Positions 18,510 through 26,220 of a stretch of DNA of 64,000 nucleotides are shown piece by piece. The notes beneath the pieces were generated by a model. That model searched no databases, was not told the DNA's origin, and saw only the letters and a list, made by a program, of their open reading frames with translations. A program made the position numbers and the translations under genes. The stretch comes from Candidatus Adlerbacteria bacterium (GTDB taxonomy: Bacteria > Patescibacteriota > Minisyncoccia > Phycocordibacterales > SBAW01): NCBI GenBank assembly GCA_963749085.1, contig CAVVLG010000002.1, positions 229,033 to 293,032 of the forward strand. Reading direction: 5' to 3'. Positions within the stretch are counted from its first letter, which is position 1, and the number at the start of each line of letters is the position of its first letter.

Positions 18510-18542
18510 GATTCCGTACTTCACCCAGGAAGTGCTGCGCGA

Positions 18543-19001
18543 TTAGATCCCCTGATTGAGCACTCCACGGGTGAGAGGTCCTACAAAGCCACTTATAGGG
18601 CTGATGGTATTTTCCTTCTGATACTCCTTCACTGCCAGGTACGTCATAGGGCCAAACCAGCCGGTTGGCGCCGCTATGGCGAGATACCCGTCGGCGATAA
18701 GAATCTTCTGAAGTTCCATGACGTCGGTACCCCTATCGCGGTATTGGATATTGAACCTGAAGTTGTATGTGGATGCGCCAAGCACGACACCCTGCGAAGG
18801 TGCGCTGCCTGCATTGGTGCCGGTTGAACCCGTAGAGCCTACTTGATATCCGTATGACTGCGGCCCTGACACAACATCCCCACCCCCATAGCCAAAATCG
18901 GCAAGGGCCCAGGCGGGGGCCAACAGAAGCCCCAGCACAAGCATGGACGTGAGCATATACCCTGATATTGCCTTGTATAGCATAGCGTTACGGGATGCCA
19001 A
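18543..19001 (-). CDS. secreted protein with a C-terminal peptidoglycan-binding domain (PG_binding_1-like)
   Basis: Signal peptide ending AWALADFGYGG. C-terminus LQKILIADGYLAIAAPTGWFGPMTYLAVKEYQKENTISPISGFVGPLTRGVL matches the PGBD helix pattern (LQ..L...GY......G.FG..T..AV..FQ......G.VG..T...L). The start is probably at MLYKAIS (18983). Confidence 0.55.
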   Translation of the reverse strand: MASRNAMLYKAISGYMLTSMLVLGLLLAPAWALADFGYGGGDVVSGPQSYGYQVGSTGSTGTNAGSAPSQGVVLGASTYNFRFNIQYRDRGTDVMELQKILIADGYLAIAAPTGWFGPMTYLAVKEYQKENTISPISGFVGPLTRGVLNQGI

Positions 19002-19104
19002 CCAGGTTCAACACCTCAAAATTGGCGCCCCTACTTTACATACAAGAAAAGATAATGCAAGCACGAGAAACAAGGCGTCTTGTAGGGCGCCACAATAGAG
19101 TCTT

Positions 19105-19365
19105 TTAGAGTCTCAGTACCGTTGCTCTAGAAAATACGGATGGTAGGAAACACAAAGGTTGGAAAATGAAGAAATGAGGGGAAAACAATCGGCGGGATCG
19201 TGATAATGAGTGGCGTGAGAACAATCGGTGGACGTTGAAAACGTTCGGAACGTTAATGGGCGGGAAGCCGCCATAGCCGAAGTCGGCGAGTGCAGCTGCT
19301 GGTGCACATACTGCCAAAACAATAGTTGCGAAGAGTACGAAGGTTGAGAATCGTTTAAATAGCAT
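19105..19365 (-). pseudogene. truncated paralog carrying only the shared signal-peptide / ADFGYGG module of the PG-binding protein
   Basis: VLAVCAPAAALADFGYGG is encoded at about 19255-19300 and matches LAPAWALADFGYGG of the neighbouring gene. The downstream reading frame has no domain and a low-complexity, improbable composition. Confidence 0.3.
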
Positions 19366-19761
19366 ACCTGCAATGTAAGAGGCCAGTAATACTGAAAATA
19401 CCGGAGGAGAACCAACTACTACTAGTTTACGACGCAATACGGTAAAGAACAAATGAAGGAGTGTTTATAACGCTTTGGAGCAGTGTGGAGTGCAAAAACG
19501 GGTAGGAAAAGGGGTCGTCATATACCTCGTCGGTGGTGAAGATGATATAGCCCACACCATAACTCTGCAGCAAGCGCACCGTCGCGTCTTGGGTAGTGGT
19601 GGCGTTTGACGTCACCGCCGCTTCTATTGCTTGGTACCCCGGGGTGATAGTTCCCTGATCCGAGAGCGGTAGAAAGAAGCAATCTTTTCAGCTGGGGTCA
19701 TACCCCAGTATATTAGAACGCTCGTTCTAAAGGCAAGCTGAAGGCGTGGTATAGTGTGACA

Positions 19762-20424
19762 TCAGCCGAAGTCAACATCGACGTATTTTTTATATTCCTT
19801 CCCTAATACCATTCTGGCGGGAAAGGTATTGTTTGCCTTTGAAGCGGTGGGAAAGGGAATAAAAGGGTTGTGCTTTATGAATTGTGCGCCCGAACTTCCA
19901 TATTTGTCGAGACCGGCAAGCGCATATGCCAGACAATGTACAAAATGGTCGGGCCCATTGCGCTTCCAGATAAACTCTGCGCCATAATTAGTGGCTACAT
20001 CATGGCCCGGCTTATTAATGGCCGTTTTAATCTCGCGATAGATATGGTCAAACTGAGAGGCGAAGTCTTTCCACTCCTCAACTTTTCCATTGAGTCTAAT
20101 GCGGCCTATGTCTCTCAGTTGCTCGACCATCCACTGCAGCCATTGGTTCCTGTCTATACGAACCGTTCCCTGTTCCTCATTCTGTCCCCATCTGACCATT
20201 TCCTTCGATTTGTGGTCTTTTTGATAGTACACAAGGAACACGCGTCCAGGATATCTTGCTTGCAGTTTCCGTATGCCAATCAAATCTCCTCCCTGGTCGG
20301 CCATGATAATACTAGTGGGCCAACGCAAAAGGAACTTCTCTAGTGCGTCGTAAGGGTCGTAGTCTTTGGAGGGGGGTTTGCACTGGCCGTAATGGAACAC
20401 GCCTTGTTTGTTCATAAGGGTGTA
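19762..20424 (-). pseudogene. phage terminase large subunit, C-terminal (nuclease) fragment; separated from its N-terminal part by an IS insertion
   Basis: Contains the terminase nuclease C-terminal motif region (…DHFVHCLAYALAG, D-x-x-x-A-x-YA). Its reading frame continues without a stop up to the IS boundary at 20424. Removing 20425..21273 rejoins it in frame with the N-terminal fragment (…GVDTGLPIH-YTLMNKQGVFHYG…). Confidence 0.6.
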
Positions 20425-20433
20425 GAACCAGTC

Positions 20434-20874
20434 TCAAAAATAATGTTTGAGTAATAGCATGATGCACGCGAGCTTCACGAAGGCGGCAAAGTTCTGCAGT
20501 TTGTATTCGTAGCGAGTCACGAGCTTTCTCCAGTTGTGCATCCACGCGAACAGCCGCTCAATCTTCCACCGGCGCTTGTAGGAGCGCAGCGCCCTGCCGT
20601 CCTGTGTTGCTCTGCGCACCCGGCCTCTGCGATGCGGTGAAATGAGTTTGATGCGGTATTTGTTCAGGAGCGTTCCATCCAGCGGATCGGAATCATATGC
20701 TCGGTCAGCCGTGAGGCGAAGCGGATTCTGTCGGGTAAATCGCCGGGCAAGCGTGTCTTCAACCAACCGGACTTCGCTCGGAGAAGCAGAGGCCACATAG
20801 ACGGCGACTGGAAGAGAGCCTTCGTCCGCAATCGCCATGATCTTGGTGCCTTTCCCACGCTTCGTGGGTCCCAC
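20434..20874 (-). CDS. IS5-family transposase OrfB (DDE catalytic part, -1 frame)
   Basis: …LTADRAYDSD…YKRRWKIERLFAWMHNWRKLVTRYE carries the C-terminal D…E of the DDE triad and the conserved R-x3-E-x2-F-x-W-x-K. It overlaps orfA by about 210 bp, with the A6G motif inside the overlap. Confidence 0.7.
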   Translation of the reverse strand: MGPTKRGKGTKIMAIADEGSLPVAVYVASASPSEVRLVEDTLARRFTRQNPLRLTADRAYDSDPLDGTLLNKYRIKLISPHRRGRVRRATQDGRALRSYKRRWKIERLFAWMHNWRKLVTRYEYKLQNFAAFVKLACIMLLLKHYF

Positions 20875-21206
20875 GCCAAGACCCCCTTTTTTGCCCCCGC
20901 GAAGGTGGCATCGAGAAAGCAGCTCCTGAGCTTGATGCGCCCCCGGTATTCCATGTCCATGGCCAGGGCTTCGACGATGCGGTCAAAGGCGCCGCTCTCC
21001 ACCCACTGCTGGAACCTGCGATGGCAGGTCTGGTAGGGCGGGTAGTCTTTCGGCAGGTGCTTCCACTGGGCGCCGGTCTTCAGTGCCCAGAGGATACCTT
21101 CCAGTATCTTGCGGTCGTCCTGCCGGGGACGGCCGCGGGTTTCCAAACGCTTGAGGGGTGTGACAAACGGAGCGATGACGCTCCACTGCTCGTTGGTGAG
21201 AGGCAT
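20664..21206 (-). CDS. IS5-family transposase OrfA (N-terminal HTH part)
   Basis: MPLTNEQWSVIAPFV...RGRPRQDDRKILEGILWALKTGAQWKHLPKDYPPYQTCHRRFQQWVESG is the conserved N-terminus of IS5/IS427-group transposases. Confidence 0.75.
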   Translation of the reverse strand: MPLTNEQWSVIAPFVTPLKRLETRGRPRQDDRKILEGILWALKTGAQWKHLPKDYPPYQTCHRRFQQWVESGAFDRIVEALAMDMEYRGRIKLRSCFLDATFAGAKKGVLAWDPRSVGKAPRSWRLRTKALFQSPSMWPLLLRAKSGWLKTRLPGDLPDRIRFASRLTEHMIPIRWMERS

Positions 21207-21273
21207 GGGCAGGCAAATTACGGGTAACGCCCTGTGCCTTTAGTCTACAACGGTATTTTTGAGATTGGTTCTA

Positions 21274-22314
21274 GTGAATGGGAAGTCCTGTATCAACGCC
21301 GATAATAATCCTGTCGCCTTGTTCATTGACTTCAGGCACGACGTTCTTTAACACAACAGTGCTGGGTATTTTGTTTTCCGAGGCGATGTAGGGAAGCCCA
21401 AGGACATAGTTGTAAAAGTATTGCTCACTTTTATGTGGGTCGTTCTTGGCTTCGATAATCTTCTCTGCGCTTATCCACGGACACATCAACTGAGAAATAT
21501 GATAGCCTCGAAATGTACCGAGAGCGGTGGCGAGCCATTGGCCTTTTTTTCTCACATCATTTGATAGAGGCGCGAAACAATACTTGCATTGATAGTGTTT
21601 CGTCTCAAGATTGATTGACTTGGGCCACGCAAGTATCTGCTTCACTGTACAATGGGGGCAGGTAATAACCCATTCTTTCTTGTCGCTCTGCTGCCAATAA
21701 ATGTCCACCCCAAATCCAGCCACGGAAGGGTGAGACCAATACCATCTGCTTGCTTCGGGTTTAGCTTGTTGTCGCGTCTCCATGAGCTTGACGTTCTCCC
21801 AGTTAGAGAAATCTAACTCGTCGTGTGCGTTTATATCTGAGGGATACATCATCGCTTGCGTGGGAATCTGCGTTCCACGGAAGCGTATCATCGAATCCCC
21901 CACCGCCTTATGTGACATGGTGTCTGAATTCTGCACCCATTTCTGTAGAGGAGGATTTTGGGCTATGAGCCGGTTAAATGTTCCGGACACCATCTCGTAC
22001 GTCGAATCCTCAGTAGGAAGGGTATACACTATCTGTTTCTTTTGATGGTAGGCGATGTAGAGGCACTTCAATATCTGCGCCGTCGTCATGCCGACCTGAG
22101 GTGGTTTGAGCACCACCATTAACGGGGAGAAGTCGTTGTAGATATCCTTTAGGAACTTGTGGTCGTCAAATTCAATAGGTTCTCCCACCTCATTCACGAG
22201 CGTAGATGCCCATAAGGACGGGTAACGACTGTATGCTTGCTCTATCTCCTCATCACTGAAGCTTGAGAAGTCTATCGGCGAGCTCTCTGATTTTTGGGGT
22301 ATACGTAATCTCAT
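21274..22314 (-). pseudogene. phage terminase large subunit, N-terminal (ATPase) fragment, ending at the IS insertion
   Basis: 347 aa with a Walker-A-like VLKPPQVGMTTAQIL, ending IIGVDTGLPIH. The stop codon (cta at 21271-21273) lies inside the IS right-end region. Confidence 0.6.
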
Positions 22315-22660
22315 GTTTTATAGTGAGCGCATGTTCTTTCACTTTCGCACCGTATTTCGCAGAGTTATGCTCGAGCCAATACTTAATCGCTGGCCAATGC
22401 TTGTCTTTGCTCAGTAGGATGAGTTGGGATTCGTTCATATCATTGATGAATTCGATCCCTTGCTTTATCGCCTCGACGGCCTGCCGCCTGAATACCTCAT
22501 CCTCCTGTAGCCAGCGGTAGTAGGTGGGACGCGATACCCCGGCTTTCTGGCAGGCGACCTGAATGATGGGCCACTCTTTGAGCGCATCGAGCATTTTTTG
22601 CTTATTCTCGATCATGCGCTCCTCAACGGAGGGGACTTCTTTTATTTCTTCTTCACTCAT
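22253..22660 (-). CDS. phage terminase small subunit-like HTH protein
   Basis: 135 aa with an HTH (ACQKAGVSRPTYYRWLQEDEVF). Immediately upstream of, and overlapping, the large terminase gene. Its start overlaps the stop of the ParB::MTase gene (ATGA). Confidence 0.5.
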   Translation of the reverse strand: MSEEEIKEVPSVEERMIENKQKMLDALKEWPIIQVACQKAGVSRPTYYRWLQEDEVFRRQAVEAIKQGIEFINDMNESQLILLSKDKHWPAIKYWLEHNSAKYGAKVKEHALTIKHEITYTPKIRELADRLLKLQ

Positions 22661-23934
22661 ACCTTCTTTGGAATGAGGCCAGTAAGCTGCGACCAGCGGT
22701 TGAGTATGACCGAGGCGTACAGGGGGGATTCCTCCATGACGTAGCAGCGCCGCTGCATCTTTATCGATGCTATGAGCGTGGAGCCGCTACCGCCGAATGG
22801 GTCGAGCACGAGATCCCCGCGCTTCGTGAGTACCTTGATATAGGGTATGAGGATATCAACTGGCTTTGACCTAATGCCCTGGTGGGATGCATGCCGGTCA
22901 TATGTCCCATGTTCGATAAAGTCGGTGGGCTGATTGTGCATGTCTTTTTCGTAGCCTCCCCAGTACGGCTTCCCCTGCATAGCGTGGAGCGCGCTCTCAT
23001 ACACATTCTGTAGAAGCTCATCTTCCCGAGCAGTGTTGAGGGACATCTTCACGTTGGAGGAGCCGACCATGGCGATAGCACGCGGAGCAGAGAATTTGTA
23101 ATTGGCGGAGTAGCTCGGCCCGCGATTTCCCACATGCCACACCAGCATATTTTTGACTTGCCAGTACTTCTCCATCTCATCCGAAATGTGGCGAATGTGT
23201 TGCCAGTCCTCAAAGACGATGATATGAAAGTCGTCCTTGGCGGCTGCCTGCACATGTGCCATCCATCGCGGCGTGCTCGAGACGACATTGCTTTTCTTTC
23301 TCCTGCCGTGGAGCAGATAGGGCGGAGACGTGAGACACAGATCCACTTTATTTTTGCCTATGAGTGTGCGCATATGGGCCCCGATGGTGGGGTCTCCGCA
23401 TACGAGACGGCTGCCGCTCAAGTCATACATGTCGCCTTTTTCGACGTTGAGGCGTTTGTGATCAAGATTCGCTACTTCTTCCTCCAGATCAAACGGCTTG
23501 GGTGTTATGTCGATAGTGAAGATATCGTCAAGCTCTTCACTAGTGAACCCGGCGGCGGAGAGGAATGTCTCGTCGAATTTTTCGAGCAGCGTTTCGTCCC
23601 ATGCGCCCCTATTTTTGTTGAGGCGAAGATTTAATTGTTTCTCCCGCTCTAAGTCGGGGATGTTGATATATAGCACCGGCACGATTTCAATACCGAGTTG
23701 CTTGATAATGGAGAGGCGAAAGTGGCCGCCGATGACGACGCCCTTTCGCTCCGGCGCACTATTCACGATCAACGGTTCGACGATGCCGAAGCTCGTGATG
23801 CTTTCTTTTAATTGGTTCTCCGCTTTCTTGTCCCACGTTCTTGGGTTATATTCTGCGGGTTTGAGGGTAGCGATTGAGACATGCTCAATGCGCAGGCCCC
23901 CAGGAACCTTTGTATTTGTCATGGTACTGAACAA
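22657..23934 (-). CDS. fusion protein: ParB-like nuclease N-terminal domain with DNA N6-adenine/N4-cytosine methyltransferase
   Basis: N-terminus IEHVSIATLKPAEYNPRTWDKKAENQLKESITSFGIVEPLIVN (ParB/Srx fold). MTase motif IV CLTSPPYLL and motif I VLDPFGGSGSTLIA (beta-class order: IV before I). This architecture is common in phage packaging modules. Confidence 0.75.
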   Translation of the reverse strand: MFSTMTNTKVPGGLRIEHVSIATLKPAEYNPRTWDKKAENQLKESITSFGIVEPLIVNSAPERKGVVIGGHFRLSIIKQLGIEIVPVLYINIPDLEREKQLNLRLNKNRGAWDETLLEKFDETFLSAAGFTSEELDDIFTIDITPKPFDLEEEVANLDHKRLNVEKGDMYDLSGSRLVCGDPTIGAHMRTLIGKNKVDLCLTSPPYLLHGRRKKSNVVSSTPRWMAHVQAAAKDDFHIIVFEDWQHIRHISDEMEKYWQVKNMLVWHVGNRGPSYSANYKFSAPRAIAMVGSSNVKMSLNTAREDELLQNVYESALHAMQGKPYWGGYEKDMHNQPTDFIEHGTYDRHASHQGIRSKPVDILIPYIKVLTKRGDLVLDPFGGSGSTLIASIKMQRRCYVMEESPLYASVILNRWSQLTGLIPKKV

Positions 23935-24115
23935 TTAAATTAATAGGAACTAGTTGCGGATCTTTCCTACAGTACTATTTACAGATGATTTTCCGTGCCG
24001 AAGTTGCATAAGCATCCGCTACTCGTGCAGATTGCATGAAAATCCCTTTCGCCGAAGGATTTTTCCCGTGCGCAGAAAAAAGCTTCAGCTTTTTTCATAT
24101 AGCATGACGTTTACG

Positions 24116-24196
24116 CAGGTTGATTCAGGCTCAACCGAGAAGGCCGGTCATTACTAGATGTGTTCTCAGGTTGATTCAGGCTCAATCGAGAAGGCC
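24116..24196. repeat. 30-bp direct repeat (29/30 identical), copies 51 bp apart
   Basis: CAGGTTGATTCAGGCTCAA(C/T)CGAGAAGGCC at 24116-24145 and 24167-24196. Confidence 0.7.
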
Positions 24197-24381
24197 AGCG
24201 TAATTATATCGAGGTCGATTGATTATGCAAGTGTTGTTGTACACGTTATCCACACAGCTAGAACATGCGATTATAAAAACTGTCAAGCCCACTATTCTTC
24301 AGGGAAGCGAATGAGACAGCGACTTACCTCCAAAAAACGACAATATACCTATTTTGTCTTTATACTGCTTGGTAAAATGCA

Positions 24382-24424
24382 AAATGAGACACGCAAATGA
24401 GACACGCAAAAAGTGTCTCATTTG
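24382..24424. promoter_or_regulatory. iteron/operator-like cluster: two tandem 13-bp direct repeats plus one inverted copy
   Basis: AAATGAGACACGC (24382-24394), AAATGAGACACGC (24395-24407), AAAAA, then GTGTCTCATTTG (24413-24424), which is the reverse complement of CAAATGAGACAC. A further partial half-site TCTCAAATTTG follows. Confidence 0.6.
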
Positions 24425-24518
24425 TCTCAAATTTGATCCCATACCCGACCGTCAACAAAAAAATAGGCCCACCCGCAAGGTGCAGGTGGGCCGTTATATT
24501 TCCAGAAAGGTGAGAACG

Positions 24519-24974
24519 TCAGTAGGAGAAGGCCCGTTCTTGTGCCTTCTTCTCGACCGGGGTTCTCGGCGCGGCCGGCAGCGTGAGCACGGTGGCTTCC
24601 TGGCCGGGCTGGAGACTGGTCAGAAGCACGATGTTGCCGTCCGCAAACTGGAGCGCGTCATGGTGGCGGTTCGCCAGCTCCTTGTCGACCTGGATGAAGG
24701 TCGCGGTGCGCTCAGCGCTCTTTGGCGGCACGCCGATGGTCTGCTTCTTGCCGTTGACGTCAGCTTGGTATGGGCCGATGCTCCGAGTGCGGATGCTTTC
24801 GGCGAAGGACAGTTCGGTGCCAGGGAGTACACAGATGGCAGTTGCACCACTGGCCGCTCCGGGGTCATTCACCGCTTTGAAGCCGCTGGTGCCGGTCGTG
24901 AAGTCATGCGTAACAAGCTTATCGGCCACTTTGGCGTCTCGTCGCTTGACATGCATCAGACTGTAGTCGCACAT
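24519..24974 (-). CDS. conserved hypothetical protein, 'MCDYSL' N-terminus family (151 aa)
   Basis: Start at MCDYSLMHV with an AAGGAG RBS 8 nt upstream. A paralog lies at 28253..28456. The fully overlapping antisense ORF 24354..25100 is rejected. Confidence 0.5.
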   Translation of the reverse strand: MCDYSLMHVKRRDAKVADKLVTHDFTTGTSGFKAVNDPGAASGATAICVLPGTELSFAESIRTRSIGPYQADVNGKKQTIGVPPKSAERTATFIQVDKELANRHHDALQFADGNIVLLTSLQPGQEATVLTLPAAPRTPVEKKAQERAFSY

Positions 24975-25128
24975 CGCTGTGCTCCTTTCCTGGTTACTGC
25001 TGCGAAGGAACAAAAACAAGCCCTTCACCACCGACCATACCACCCGCATTGCTGCCCTGCAATACATGGAGGTGGACAAGGATATTGTGTGGTAGCCTAA
25101 GGCCAGAGTAGGCTCTTGGGAGGAAACG

Positions 25129-25356
25129 ATGGAAAAGCAATCGGCAAGCTACCATATGGAAAGCGCGTTCGATGCATTCTGGAGGGCTACCAATTCGATG
25201 GTTGAATGTCAGTTGGCGGTCGTCACTGCCAGTATGACCGTTGGCCTGGAGTTTTGGGACCTATGGCATGTGTCTCGCGGACTCCGAGCCATCGAAGCGA
25301 TAAAGGAAAGCGCCTCCGGTGGCCATAGTGTTATTTACCTCAAGAAGTACGCGTGA
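25129..25356 (+). CDS. hypothetical protein (75 aa), first gene of a three-gene micro-operon
   Basis: GGGAGG RBS 6 nt upstream of the ATG. Followed by two further small RBS-preceded ORFs, 25389..25496 (35 aa, hydrophobic) and 25497..25655 (52 aa, TGAgcATG coupling). Confidence 0.35.
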   Translation: MEKQSASYHMESAFDAFWRATNSMVECQLAVVTASMTVGLEFWDLWHVSRGLRAIEAIKESASGGHSVIYLKKYA

Positions 25357-26220
25357 CTACCACTAGTTTAAGCTTGGGAGGAACCTATGGGACAACTGCT
25401 ACCTGACGTGGCTCTCGGTGTATGCCTCGGGCTCGCCTATCTCGGCATCACCTCGTGGGTGCCGGACCTCATCTCCCTCCTCGTGGCGGTGTGAGCATGG
25501 AGAACGAGAAAGAAGTCGAGAAGAAAGAGGGGAACAAGGGTGAGCTACTCTACCTTCCTTCCCCGATCCGGGACGCGGCTATGCTCATAGAGTTCGTGCG
25601 CCGATGCGAAGAGCAGGCGCGCGACCCGCATGGCAACGCCGCATTCGGACGCTAGCTTCCCAACATTGTCGCCGCCCTTCACCCGAAGGGCGGCATTCTC
25701 TTATATTAAACACTCTGTTACAAGTGACGTCGTTCATGGTGCGTTTTCGATACATCGCTGTGCTCTTCAGTGGCGCCGCGGTCGCCCCCAGGCATGCGCG
25801 GGGCCTTCTCTTGTCTCTTTTCATAGGAATCTAATGTTTCGCTTAATACTATTGTCCGCAGACTCGGGCGCACCAAGTTGCTCAATCGGCATCTGTCTCG
25901 ATCCCCGGTCTCCGACACCCCCGAGGCGACGCTGGTCATGAGCTTGGATACCAATCAAGAAACAAATGCAGCCCGAGTCATACGTTACTGCCGCTTGATT
26001 TGTTCAGCGGCTTTTCTTTTTTTGGTCTCTCAAACCACAAAAACGATAGCGTGAATCTGCGAGTTTTCTCGCTTTATTTGGTCACGAATATGCTTCATTT
26101 AAACCTCAGGGAGGCTGCGCAACGATTGCAGTGTTCGTGCGTATAATTAAAAGAACTCAATAACGTTCTCTAGCTCTTAGGTGCCGTGCCTGTTCCATTT
26201 ACTCACCTCAGAAACTAACT

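Larger units (their letters stand above)
20425..21271 (-). mobile_element. IS5-family insertion sequence (IS427/IS1031-like, 847 bp). It has 18/19-bp terminal inverted repeats (19 bp with one mismatch) and a 2-bp TA target-site duplication
   Basis: Left end GAACCAGTCTCAAAAATA (20425-20442). Right end TATTTTTGAGATTGGTTC (21254-21271), which is the reverse complement GAACCAATCTCAAAAATA (18/19 if extended by one base). Flanking TA at 20423-20424 and 21272-21273. Total inserted length 849 bp = 3 x 283, which restores the terminase frame. Internal orfA/orfB carry an A6G (AAAAAAG) slippery motif at about 20881-20887, typical of programmed -1 frameshifting in this IS family. Confidence 0.75.

Noticed and set aside
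19690-19730. Small hairpins (CTGGGGT-cat-ACCCCAG; TTAGAACG-ct-CGTTCTAA) downstream of the terminase C-fragment as possible att or operator sites
   Set aside because: They are short (7-8 bp), unaccompanied by repeats elsewhere in the window, and compatible with chance.
20312-20545. 77-aa ORF that, in the frame naively continuing from the terminase N-fragment across the IS site, looked like a possible continuation
   Set aside because: With the IS boundaries placed at the TA duplication (20425/21271), the terminase frame continues into 19762..20424 instead. This ORF lies in the -1 frame and inside the IS end.
24354-25100. 248-aa plus-strand ORF overlapping the MCDYSL gene
   Set aside because: It is antisense to a gene supported by an RBS and a paralog. 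The amino-acid composition is Arg/Gly-rich and random-looking.
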